In this document: one piece after another, positions 1-11,315 of the stretch
Position numbering within the stretch: the stretch's first letter is position 1
How the letters are laid out: every line of letters starts with the position of its first letter
Source: Camelus dromedarius
Taxonomy: Eukaryota
NCBI RefSeq assembly: GCF_036321535.1
Contig: NC_087436.1
Span: 6,758,001-6,822,000 of the forward strand
Direction: 5' to 3'
DNA: 64,000 bases
Position numbers and translations under genes: made by a program
The notes under the pieces: model-generated
Databases searched by the model: none
Seen by the model: the letters and a program-made list of their open reading frames with translations, nothing else
What the model was told of the DNA's origin: nothing

Positions 1-714
1 CAAACCACACAGCCGTCACTTCCCTTCCGGCCGCCACAAAAGATGCAGCGCTATCGCCCACGGAGTAGGAAGCGGAACATTAGCTACCTGCACCCGCCAC
101 TTACGGAGCAGTGATTTTCATGAGCTCCTGTGACCGAACCTCCAATCACACCACATTCTGCAGGAAGTCAGGGCTTCTCTGTCCTGGAAGAAGGAGCCCT
201 GAGACACCGTCCGGCTGTCTTCGGAGGTGGCAGTGCGACATCACAGGGACACCGCTGGACGTAACTGGGGTAACGTCCAGGCTCTGCCACTGCCTCGTTG
301 GCGGGCGACCTTGAGATCTCAGAACCTCAGCCTTGTCATCTGTAAAGTAAAGACGGTGCCTGTTCGACAAGCGTGTTTTGAGACTCCTCTGAAAACACTG
401 CCCATGAGAGGTGCCTTAACCGCCAGTGGACACTCGTGGCCAGTCCTTTCAGGGCCAGTGGCCCGGCCTCGTGGCCCAGCCCCACTGCCTCCTAACCGTG
501 TGCCTTGTCAGAGCTGAAGCTGGGGGAGCGACAGAACCCGTCTCGTGTGGTGACGAAAATGAAGTCAGGTGGTTCAGGGAAGCCCTTGCAGTAATTGTTA
601 CAGATGTTTTAAGCTCTCAAGAAACATTACCGTTGGTGCCACTGTTGGAAACCATTGGTTCTCTCAAGCAATATTCGTGGCTCTGAAGACCGACACCACC
701 GCTTCACGGGAACA

Positions 715-720
715 TTTATT
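715..720 (-). promoter_or_regulatory. SPMIP2: Candidate polyadenylation signal (AATAAA) of C4orf45/SPMIP2
   Basis: tttatt on + (AATAAA on -) about 50 nt downstream of the stop codon of the predicted last exon. Confidence 0.55.
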
Positions 721-767
721 TGGGCCTGAGCAGCGGGGGTGAGGGACGCAGGAGGCTCCTGTGGGTC

Positions 768-857
768 TTACAGCCTCATACTTTGTTCTACATTTGTAGA
801 CAGCTTTCCTTTGTAGTAGCAAGTTGCTTCCTGCCGACTTGGAGGCTGAAATCTTTT
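768..857 (-). CDS. SPMIP2: Predicted terminal coding exon of C4orf45/SPMIP2 (KRFQPPSRQEATCYYKGKLSTNVEQSMRL*), inside a FNIP2 intron
   Basis: Pyrimidine-rich acceptor atctcttgctcctctcttatAG (AG at 859-858); phase 0 matches the donor at 11316; 29 codons then TAA; AATAAA follows; starts with KR like the recalled human C-terminus. Confidence 0.65.
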   Translation of the reverse strand, partial: KRFQPPSRQEATCYYKGKLSTNVEQSMRL

Positions 858-1199
858 CTATAAGAGAGGAGCAAGAGATTTGATTTTACAAATTTTTACT
901 GTTACAAGTATTTACAAAAACTTTTATGTTGTAGTCTATGACATATCTCTTGTTAGATTTGACATCTTAGTTATCCCAGTGATCAGTTCCCATAGCTAAT
1001 TCTTCCTCCTCCATTTGGGTGGAAGTTACGTTTAAGTTAAGAGTGACCGACTTAACCTGACAACATCACCATCAAAGGAAATTTAACCCACAGTTTAAAA
1101 TTCTTCGTAAAAATCACTTGAATGAAACACTTGACTAAATGCCTGTTAGTTCCCTCAGTATGAGAAGAGAAAGTCGCTATTTAAAATTTCAGAAGTTAA

Positions 1200-1241
1200 A
1201 ATTGAAGAAATCCATCTCAGAATTGAAGAAATCCATCTCAG
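1200..1241. repeat. Perfect 21-bp tandem duplication
   Basis: aattgaagaaatccatctcag occurs twice back to back. Confidence 0.95.
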
Positions 1242-2386
1242 AAAGGGAAGGGGGATCCCCAAACAGTTCTGTTTCATAATCAGGCTTTTACAAAGTGCTT
1301 TGAGTTCAAGTTCCGTGTCCACTCTGTGTAACCCGGTGTTGTCTTCATTTCCACGTGGCAACACCCAGTTTTCCGGGGGACCACGAAAACACCGTGAACG
1401 AGCTATTTTAAGACATAAAGGACTCAGCATAATGTGAATGTTCTCTTTCGTATTTTGTAACACTTAGTAAACCTTTGCATTTGCTCCGTTAGGAACTGAA
1501 ACGTAACAGGACACCTTTCAGCACTGGACTTGGTTTACCTGGGGGGACGTGTCTGTGAGAATGGCTGCGGCCCTCCTTGCTTTGATTATTACTCTCACTT
1601 GCTCACCGGTTGTGCTCCAGCCACCCTGCACGGCACATTGAAGAATTTAAGCCAGTGAGAAACGGAAAAGATGGCATCTCTCATGGGATGCTTTTTCCAT
1701 CACTGATCCGCCCAGATGGTCAAGATCAACATTTTTAAATGCATCTGTTAATCTTTTTACCTTGAAAACAGCAGGCATAATGATCTACAAGAAAATCACG
1801 TCTGATGGAGTTAGCCGTCCCGGAGCCATCAGGTGCCTGGATAGCTCTGCCTGCCAAACCCAAAAGCATTTGCCTCTGGTGCAAGACACAGATGGTGGCT
1901 GCTCACTAAAAAATGAAGCTGGACACAATTCCAAGCGTAGAGACGTCCTGGAAATAACTGACCTTTCTTTACTGTCATCAAAGACCTACTTAAAGTACAT
2001 TCTTGAGAGAAAAAAAAAAAAAAGAGTTCAAAATAACCTTGTTCCAGTCATTCTGGGGATGTCTTACACCAAAATAGTCTGAGATATAGGGGGGAAAACA
2101 GTAACAAAGATACTTTTTACAAAATTAGGTACAATAACAAAAATGCAGATGGCTATATGGGTAAGTAAGTCATGGTGAATTCACCTTCTGAAAAATTATC
2201 TAGTCATCAAAATTACATTGAAGAATTTTTAATAACATGGGGAGAGGATTATTCTAAAGTTTGTGAAAACAGGAAATAATTGTACTTACAGAATGATTTC
2301 GACTATGTGAAAAACATACTTTTTTTTAAAAAAAGATTAGAGGATACATATGAAGGTCTTCATCAGCTTTTTATATATATATACAC

Positions 2387-2430
2387 ATTTTTATTGAATT
2401 ACAGTCAGTTTACAATGTGTCGATTTCTGG
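2387..2430 (-). mobile_element. Very short L1 3' terminus
   Basis: ttttattgaattacagtcagtttacaatgtgtcgatttctgg is the reverse complement of the L1 tail seen at e.g. 20280-20325. Confidence 0.65.
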
Positions 2431-2660
2431 TTCTATGGAGATCTTAAGTCATTGGAAAACTTAAACATTATTGTTTGACACAAACCTCTTCGTATTATCT
2501 TTCCTAGTGGTGGGGTTTGAGGGGGCTTGTGATTGTTTAAGTGTATGTTGAAGAGCTGAGACAGCGTCGTGGGCTTAGAGGCGGATTAAGGGAGTTGCTC
2601 CTAGAGCGCCAGCGGGGACCCGGGCGCGCGCCCTCACCGTGGCCGCGCTTGGCTCCGCAG

Positions 2661-2776
2661 TGCGTCATGCACCTGGAGGACCGGCTGCAGGAGGTGTACC
2701 TGAAGAGTAAGATGCTGTCCGAGTACCTCCGCGGGCACACGCGAGTCCACGTCAAAGAACTGAGCGTCGTCCTGGG
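2661..2776 (+). CDS. FNIP2: FNIP2 (folliculin-interacting protein 2) penultimate coding exon
   Basis: ccgcAG|TGC acceptor, GG|GTgagt donor; encodes [38 protein letters not shown], the FNIP C-terminus with FNIP2-type residues (YLKSK, RGHTRV). Confidence 0.96.
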
Positions 2777-3585
2777 GTGAGTTCTGTGAAATGGCACCGC
2801 TTCTCCCCGCGACGGGGCTGTCCTGGCGCTGTTCCCCCGACCCAGCCAGCCGCGGCCGCCCTGAACCCGCAGACCCCCCCAAGCGCGTGCGGCTCCCCAA
2901 TGAGTTTCACACCCACCCGGGGACAAATGCAGACCTTTAAGCTAGCGGTGCTTCCTTCGTCTTCCCCTTGGGTGGTTTTCTCCTTGAAAGTGGAAAGTGA
3001 AGTCCCCTCCACCTGCCCGTGTCTGGTCACTTCAGAAGGACGGGAAATCACCAGCTGTCACTCCAGCAGCTGTGTCTGCCTGTCTTGCTGGAGGAAGGAG
3101 GAAGGGCCGTTCTCCGGGACTTGGGGGCCTGCCCGCGTGTCCTAGGGGTGACTGCACCCTCCTCCCTGTCTGTGCGCCCAGCAGAAGAGGGGACGTGCTT
3201 GTTACTAGTCGTGTGTCACCTGCGCGGGAGTCTCTGCCCTGACTTCTCTGGGAGAAGTTCTGGCTTTGGTTTAATCTCAGAGAGAAGTAAGAAAAAGACA
3301 CAGACACTGGGCACATGGGGAAGTGTCCCCCCAACCTCTGGTGACCATCCCTGCACTTTGGGGCAGGAACGCATTTTCAGCCCTGAAATTGTCTATTACG
3401 TCCACTCATCCAAGTGTGACCCCAAGACTCAGGCGTCTGCGTTGTTGTCCGAGTTTCCATCCATCACACCCAGGCTGTGACCGACTGTGCTGTTTGGCGC
3501 CCAGCGTTTCCTGTCACACGTTTGTTTTCCTTACGTACCACACTTAAGTCCCCTCCCCTTTTGGGGCATTGGCTTCTGCAGGTAA

Positions 3586-3684
3586 CTTGCAGGTTTCAGG
3601 TGTACAGGGGAGTGGTTCGGTCAAACATACACTCGTGCTTTTTCAGATTCCTTTCCATCGTAGGTTATTACAAGGTATCGCGTG
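3586..3684 (-). mobile_element. L1 3'UTR fragment in FNIP2 last intron, strongly GC-shifted
   Basis: gtttcaggtgtacag...ttttcagattcctttccatcgtaggttattacaag matches the reverse complement of L1 tails elsewhere in the window. Confidence 0.8.
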
Positions 3685-3799
3685 CATTCGCCGTGCGGGG
3701 CGGCGGGATCCTGCTCGGTGGCGGGGCAGGCTGGGTGCCGGGCAGCGGGCCTCCCTGGTGAGCCCTGCACCTTGCGTACTCTGTCTCCTCTCTCCGCAG

Positions 3800-3878
3800 C
3801 ATCGAGTCCAACGACCTGCCCCTGCTGACGGCCGTCGCCAGCACCCACTCCCCCTACGTGGCTCAGATACTCTTATGA
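3800..3878 (+). CDS. FNIP2: FNIP2 final coding exon
   Basis: ctctccgcAG|C acceptor completes the phase-2 Gly codon; [25 protein letters not shown] then TGA at 3876-3878. Confidence 0.96.
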
Positions 3879-6800
3879 GCTGGCGCTCAGGCCGAGTCTT
3901 CCCGCGAAGGAGGAGTCAGGCTCTCCACCGGAGGAGGGTCAGCCCTCCGTGTCGCCGAGGCCACCGCCGTGCCATGTGGCTCTCCAGGGGATGCTGGGCC
4001 GGGTGACATGGTTCGTGCGTGTTTTTCCGAGCACGTCGGGCCTCCGGTTCCCGGGATTCTCGTGCAGGAGGAGGCGGGGCCCTGCGTGGACGCGGACGCG
4101 GAGCTGCGGGTCCCGACGGCGTGTGCGGGCGGAGCAGTGACCACCTCCCAGCGCGGACCATTCCAGGGGGAGACGGCTCAGAGCTTCAGCGTGGGCTCTC
4201 CAGGCGGAGGAAGCCTGTCCTGCTGTTCTGAGAAGGGTCCCTGGGTGCCAATGCCGAGGGCCGAGTGGGAACTGGCCGTGGGGACCAGAGCTCCGGGGAC
4301 CCGCTGCTCCCTCGTCTTCCCCGAGTTTACCTCGTTTGCGATGCTGGCGTGGGCAGGTTAGGGACGCATTGTTGGTGCAATAAACCCAAGACTCATGTAG
4401 CCGCTTCACCCCATCCAGACGTGGTCCGCGCCGCACGCGCTCGGGCCCGCCCCACGGCGTTCACCTTAATGCTTCAGAGCTTGCCGCAGCCTTTTCAGAG
4501 GCCGTTTACCAAAGCCGTTTCCACAAGCTCAGGAGTGTCTCCGTTGCTCGGTTCTTCCAGCCGAAGCCGCCTTCTTCCCGGAAGAGTGAGGACGAATGAC
4601 CGTCGAACTTTACCAGGTACCGCTGTCCTGGGCGGACACGGCACCTGTCACGGTTCCGGGTGACTCACGGAAGGGACTAGTTTGAGCGTTTGTGAACAAT
4701 CCACACATGAGCTAAATTTTTACATTATCATCTCCGTGCCTTCCAACCCCCACGCCCTTTTTAAAACACCTTTCCAGAAATTCACTCATCCGCCAAAATG
4801 AAGAATCGTCCATGCATTCACACAATTTGCTTTAAAAAACAAAACAAAACAAAACAAAACCTTAATTTTCTGTCGATAGAAAAGAACTTTAGTTGACTGA
4901 TGGTGAAACAGATGATGTGCTGATGTCCAGGGTAAAGGAACGACTTCTCGAGGAATGGCCTGGTAACAGGCAGGAGTGAGCCGAGCCCGGCAGACACTGC
5001 CCGCGCCCTGCAGCTCGCGAGGACCGCTCGCTCGAACCAGGCTCCCATTTCCTTCACTGTCGTACGAATCGATTCCAGTCCTTTCCATGTCACCCCCACA
5101 CCTCACAATACGAAACGACTTCAGATTTTCTGTCCAATGAAATCCTGATCCCAAACACCAAGTCACAGAAGTCTGTGTCTTAATTCTGTTACAAATGCGA
5201 GTTACTTGTTTGACAGAGCATCGCAGCAGAACCAAGGGAGGAAAAACAGGTGTGTTCTTCCTTAGGAATAGTTCTTTGGAATGGGTCAGGCCTGCTGCCC
5301 TCCCCTCTCTTTACCACGTGAAGTGGAGGTGGGTCCGTTAAGGCTCTTAAGATCTTTAATTTACATTTTCTGTCTTTTCTCTCATAAACTTGACGTTGTC
5401 CATTCTTTATGTTTTTTGTTTGTTTCTTTTCGCCTGACGTCTGAGATTGGTGTTTTGAGTCCCTGGTTCCGTGACAGGGTTGCCGTTGTCACGTCCACAG
5501 ATGGAGTGGACCTCCCCCGATGCTGCGCTCATCCTGCCGTTTGTTACGTGTGCATCCTTGTGATAAACGGCGAGCCACCTCCCGGCTGCACGGCTCCAAG
5601 CTTCCGCATCTCCAGTCCCCTTCCTTGTTTACACATTCTGGGCGCCCCTCCGCCTCCACCTCCTAGGGGTTCCTAGGAAATAACAGATACAGAACTGGCT
5701 CTGTCCTTGTGGAGGGGAGCGGCCTGTTGCAAGTTGGACCCAGGCCGGGGGAAACTGAGCTCTAGATGGCTGGTTCCACACTTCACCTAGAAACCCCTCA
5801 AAGCCTGAGGAGACTGGGTTTGCCTCAGTCTACTGTCCCCAGACCCCCGGGGAGAACGTCCTGTGGGGAGGCTTTGTGGGGAGGGGTCCCCAGGGTGGAG
5901 GCGGCCTCAGGGATGCTCAGGGCTCCAGGCAGCATGTATCCCCGTTAGCCGCTGCCCTACAAACACAGGCCAAGATGGTCCCTGCTCCGTGTAAGCCTCC
6001 TTATCTAAGCAGCCCCGCGTGTTCGCCCAGAAGCGGAGGGGAGAGTCTCGTGGCACCGTAAGATGCATCCTCAGCACCGCGCAGCACCCGGCGGCTTCAT
6101 CCGCCTCAGCCCAGGAGGCAAGAAGGGACCCTGCCCTCTCCCGTGCCCACCTCGAGAGAAAAAGAAAAAGTTAAAAATACACATGAACACAGAGCAAACT
6201 ACCTCAGTTGACAGGACCCCACCTTCCGGGCTCCCCCGCGCCGAGGTCTTACCTGGCGAGCGTACCTTCGTAGCGCCCTGCTTGTCCGGACGCCAGCGAG
6301 CAGGCGTGTCCGCGCCAGTGGGACGACGTCCCTCCGGGCATCGCAGTCGGCTCGTGCGCGGTCCACGAGTGATGCCAGCGTCGAGATGATTGTGTGCGTC
6401 TCAACAGGACGAGGAAAAGGTAGAGTGTCGCTTCCGTACTTGTGCAGAATTCCAAAGGGTTTTATTTTTTATCAGTGTTAAATAGCTTTTTGTACAGGCT
6501 TCAATCCATTTTTTTCCTGAAGCGTGCTGTTTTTTACTGAAAGCAACTATCAACTTTTCACATCCCACGGAACTGCTGTTTACACGTCAAAACTTTAACT
6601 TAACCATCCTTTTCAGAGTGGACTTTTTTGGAGGGAGGACAATCCCGGCCGCTCGATGATACTAAGCCGCTGTGAGCGCCCTCTTGTGAGGTCCTGAGAT
6701 TTTATAAAACTTAATCCGTAGCTTTTTAAGTTCCACACTAGACTTGGGTGTACATAACAATAAGGAATAAAAAGTGACCCCACCGTTCTTTTAAACATCC

Positions 6801-7250
6801 GGCTTTTTCCACTGATGCGTACGTACTTTTGCAAGTATTTTGTTCACGCATACTTTCACCATGAAATTGAAAAAGTCTTCAACTTCTCGGTAAATGTGAA
6901 CCATTTGTTTTCTGTTGTGCTTTGGGGGTGGGGACGTTTTAATATCATATTTGCCTAAATCAAGCTGCCCCCTCTGAATGTGCATTTTTAAATGTCAAAA
7001 TTCGGTGAACCATCCCAGATTGCAGTATGCTTAAATTTAAGTGGTGTTTAAAAAAGGAGAAGATTATAGGGTTGATTTGTTGTTATTGAAGCTCTGTTAA
7101 GACAAATTGGTAAGACTTTCTGTTTTTGATCAGTTAAATAGTGATCAATGTCAATGTATGGAAATCTTTTCTTAAAACTTGTTCACAGATTATTTTGATC
7201 CATTTTTCTGTGGCATTTGGTGCAATAAACCTTTTGAATTTATCTTGAAC
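3879..7250 (+). other. FNIP2: FNIP2 3'UTR (end approximate)
   Basis: Essentially free of interspersed repeats after the stop; AATAAA at 4379, 6766 and 7224; U-rich distal part; Pumilio-type TGTACATA at 6749-6756; transposon sequence resumes near 7350. Confidence 0.7.
7224..7229 (+). promoter_or_regulatory. FNIP2: Likely distal FNIP2 polyadenylation signal
   Basis: AATAAA followed by GU/U-rich sequence (gatttgtttgttg) at the end of the repeat-free stretch. Confidence 0.65.
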
Positions 7251-7347
7251 GTTTTCCTGGTACTGCACATGATTTGTTTGTTGCATTTAATTGGACTGAA
7301 GTTCTCATTTCCAGTCACTCATGCTGAAACAAGTTCACTGTGTAGAT

Positions 7348-8075
7348 CAGAGGTTTTCAGCAGGGATGTCCTGGAAGTGTTGGACATTTCTGGTTGTGTA
7401 GTGATGGGTAAAGGCTGCTGGCAGGGAGTGGTGGGGGCTGAGGGAGGGGAGAGACATCTTGGAACGTGTGGGACACCCCACGGAACGAGGAGCTGTCCTG
7501 CCTCCTGTGTGACTTCTAATATCCTGCTGACATTCGTGTGGCTGAAAGACCCATTTATAATGATCTAAGCTCAGAATTTAATTCTGCTCTATAGGGAAAC
7601 ACAACGTATTTCTCTCATGATTTGAACAGAGGCTGAATTTTCCAGGGACGCCACTGTTGTACACACTGAGGCAAGATTTTACTTGGTAAGGTGTGGATTT
7701 TAACAGGAATTGACATAATTTGGAAAACCGTGTGCCCAATCGCTGTGGTACCCATGTAGTGTGAGTCATCAGTTGTCTACCTGTATCTGCGTTCGCTCAT
7801 CTCTGTTGCCTCCTGGAGACCCAAGCGGAAGGAAGCAAGCGTCTCCTTACCCTCATCATAGTTTCTGTTCTAATCTACCAGTGCCCCAGTGTCCAGGTAT
7901 TAAAATATATATTCCTGTGAGTTTTAAGATAGTATAGCTGGGCACTATATTGGTTTGTTATAATTAAGTGTGTGAGTAGTTTATTTTATTTTTGAATTTT
8001 ATTTTAGGAAAATCAAGGGCATTAGAGAATATTTTCTATGAAAGGGATGAGATCATTGATCCCCGTGGCCTCAGG
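7348..8075. mobile_element. Degenerate hAT-Charlie DNA transposon (MER20B-like)
   Basis: ggacatttctggttgt and ctgaattttccaggga...gaggcaagattttactt motifs resemble recalled MER20B. Confidence 0.5.
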
Positions 8076-8346
8076 AAAAATATGCTATCAAGTATAACTT
8101 TTGTAGCAACATCATACCATATTGAATTATGTTAAGACTACAGGAAGAAGTAATATTAGATATTGCAAAATCCTTTCTGGATTAAATGGAAATCTCCAGT
8201 GTTTTCCATGTCCCCTTTAAAATCACGTCCTTGACAACAACTTAGACCTGTACATACACACCAACCACATAGCTTTCTGGGTCTGTCAGGTGCTTGCTAC
8301 AGGTGACCTCATTTAATCCTCATACCTGGACGAGATGGGTACTTTT

Positions 8347-8394
8347 TTTTTTTTAACATTTTTTATTGATTTATAATCATTTTACAAATGTTGT
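8347..8394 (-). mobile_element. ~48-nt L1 tail insertion with TSD
   Basis: Poly(T) plus L1 terminus flanked by agatgggtactttt (8333-8346) and agacgggtactttt (8395-8408), followed by aa (TTTT/AA endonuclease site). Confidence 0.85.
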
Positions 8395-8407
8395 AGACGG
8401 GTACTTT

Positions 8408-9357
8408 TAATAGTTCATCTTAGGCGTCTCATCTTGCTCAGGCCATGGTACCCAGATATTTGGTCAAATACCAGTGTGGATGTTGCTGTGAAGGTATTTT
8501 TTTTAGGTGAGATTAACATTTAGAGGTTTAGATTACTTTGAGTAGAGCAGATTATCCTCCATGGTGTGAGAGGGCCTCGTCCAATCAGATGAAGGACTTA
8601 AGAGAAAATAGACTGACATCCCCCACCAAGGGAAGAAATTCTGCCTCCAGGCTGCCTTCATGGCCTTCTGGAGTCTCCAGCCCACTGTGCAGGTTTGGGA
8701 TTTGCCAGCCTCCACAGTCTCATGAACCAGTTCCTTAAAAGAAAGCTACCTACCTACCTACCTTCCTACCTAACTACCTACCTAACTACCTATCCATGTA
8801 GCACCTGTCTATCGTCTACTTATAATCTATCAATCTATCTACCCATCCATCCATCCATGTATCCATGTATCCATCCATCCATCCATGTGTCTATCCATCC
8901 ATCCATCCATCCATCCATCCATCCATCCATGTATCCATCCATCCATCCATATATCCATCCATCCACCCATCCATGTATCCATCCATCCACCCATCCATCC
9001 ATGTATCCATCCATCCATCCATCCATGTATCCATCCATCCATCCATCCATCCATGTATCCTTCCATCCCTGTATCCATCCATCCACCCATCCATGTATCC
9101 ATCCATCCACCCATCCATCCATGTATCCATCCATCCATCCATCCATGTATCCATCCATCCATCCATCCATCCATGTATCCTTCCATCCCTGTATCCATCC
9201 ATCCACCCATCCATGTATCCATCCATCCACCCATCCATCCATGTATCCATCCATCCATCCATCCATGTATCCATCCATCCATGTATCCTTCCATCCCTGT
9301 ATCCATCCATCCATCCATCCCACTGGTTCTGTGTCTCTGGAGAACCCTGACTAGCAC
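8408..9357 (+). mobile_element. MLT2 (ERVL) solo LTR containing an expanded microsatellite
   Basis: cccagatatttggtcaaa...gagattaacatt...gagtagagcagattatcctccat... and the end ggttctgtgtctctggagaaccctgacta are MLT2 hallmarks. Confidence 0.85.
8746..9320. repeat. Compound (CCTA)/(CTAT)/(CCAT)n microsatellite with 120-bp higher-order periodicity
   Basis: Directly visible; the 60-nt lines at 9001 and 9121 are identical, as are those at 9061 and 9181. Confidence 0.97.
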
Positions 9358-11315
9358 CGGTACTTGAGGGGTCGGTCCAGTTCTATATATGATGCCCCCA
9401 AAATGGAGACGGGTAGTGGAATACCGCCACACCCATGATAGGAAGTGGACTTTGAAGTGAGATCTCTAATGCAGTGAACAGTAAGGACCTCAGCGTCACC
9501 CCTTAAGGGCTGACATATCCAAGTCACATGATCTCTGAGTATGTGTAGCCAAGGGGGTGCTGGAGAGCAGGGGAAGTCTTAAGTGAGAACCACCCTGTGG
9601 GATGGCAGAGGAGGAGGTCCCACTTCTTCGTGCACCGTGGGAGAGGAAAGCCTACCTGTAGGCATTAACCCCTGCAGCCGGGTGCGAGTTCCCACAGCTG
9701 GGCATCGCCCTCGGCTGTCGGGGACCTCCGGCCATCACCTGCAAGTTCTCAGTCTCCCGACTTTCTCCTCTGTCCCCCTCCCCATTCTTTATCCCCAGTT
9801 TCTCCTTCCTTGACAACTCAGCTCTTTCTAGAGAGGTTTACTTGTCATTCACTTCTTTGCCTCCTACCCTTGCCCCACCCGCATCTCATAAGGTCTGTGG
9901 TCCACTGTCTCCCCTTCCTCCTTCTGTGCAGCTGAGGTCTCCCCCACATCCAGTCAGTACCCAGAGTGCCCAGCTTACTCTCTGCATCCCAGATGCATCC
10001 GCTGTTCCCCTTTCTCTTTGCCTTCTTTCAGTCCCTCCTTGTCTCTCAACAGTTACCAAAATGCCCTCCAAACTCGCCCCTCCACACTCACGCCTCACAG
10101 CAATGCTTCTAATCCATCCTCCCCCTAGGCTGATGTCTAAATAACCTTCCCAAAAGTTTGAAATCATTTCTAAGTAAGTCTTTTCACAGATTTTTTTTAA
10201 CATGCAAAAACATCTCAGTTGGATTCAGCAAGTGACAGGAGGCATTTGGGATCATTTAATCCACGATTGCTCTAATCCTACACAAAATTAGTTCAGTGGT
10301 GGGAAAGAGCTAATCCAAGCCTCCTCCTGCATGCTGCAGCAGTCTCATCTGGACCCAGCTCAAAATGCAGACCACGTAGGCACGCTCGCAGCCGAGCCGC
10401 TCCCTTCTTCAGTACAGAGCATCCTGGGGGCAGCACCCACCAAGGAGGGCTTCTAAGGCTGCCTCACAGGATTTCATATACATACATAATTAATTGTTAG
10501 ATGGACAACTGCTGACGCATCAGATCCCTGGAGAGAGATGATAAGCAATATTCTGGGGAGGTAGCACGGTTCTCCAGTGGAGCCAGGAGACCCCCTCCAC
10601 GTAGGGAGCAGGTGTCTCCAGATGCATCCTGTCTGGTCTCTTCGCCATGTCATCATGGAAGGCTGCTGTCACCCTCCACCCTGAAATGCCAGAGGACCGC
10701 AAAGCGGACCCGGCTGTGGGATTATGCAGCAGGACCCCAGGAAACAGCTGTTCATTTGAATACATGCTTACACACTCTTTCCTTGGCTCTCACGACAGCT
10801 ACAGAATGTTCAGGACAGATACTAACACCCCCGTTTTCCCAATACAAAAACCCGTATCAGGAAATTACGCAACTCGTTCAAGATTCCACGGAGAGCGATG
10901 GGGAGGGAAAAACCCTTGAATTGGAACTGGTATATTCTTACTCTGCTAACCAGTCTGAGAGGTTTTAAGAAGGGTTGTAGGTACCTCCATCCCTCTGCCT
11001 GAGACCGCTCTCAGGTTTTGGAAACCAAGAAATTGGCCATTCTCTCCAGGTTAAACCACATGATAAACAAGCAGTTCTAAGGGGTGAGCCCCACACCTCC
11101 TGTTTTCTTTATCTACAGTGTGGCGATGATACCCACCTGCCCGCTGTGCGGACGTCACTGCGGAAATCCAACATGGCTTACAAAACGTTTTGATAGGTTA
11201 AAAGGAGATGTAAGACTGATTATTCGTAGCATTAATATTAAATAGCATTATTGAATTCTCACGTTGAAACAGCCTGACGTTTTCTACGAAGATCCAGACA
11301 AGCAAGTGACCCTAC

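Larger units (their letters stand above)
2540..4680. other. GC/CpG-rich island-like segment over the FNIP2 last exons and proximal 3'UTR
   Basis: Visibly dense CpG and high GC compared with flanks such as 2100-2500; not computed formally. Confidence 0.7.

Noticed and set aside
3880..6460. Many overlapping 60-165 aa ORFs
   Set aside because: Expected in GC-rich sequence with few stop codons; lies in the FNIP2 3'UTR with no recognisable protein
8695..9432. Long ORFs on both strands (PSIH/MDGW repeats)
   Set aside because: Translation of the (CCAT)n microsatellite, which lacks stop codons; no splice or homology support
11259..11315. Read-through of the SPMIP2 exon (VGSLACLDLRRKRQAVST*) as the true C-terminus
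   Set aside because: A good donor lies at 11315 and I saw no canonical poly(A) signal nearby; splicing to 857 fits better, though a minor isoform is not excluded
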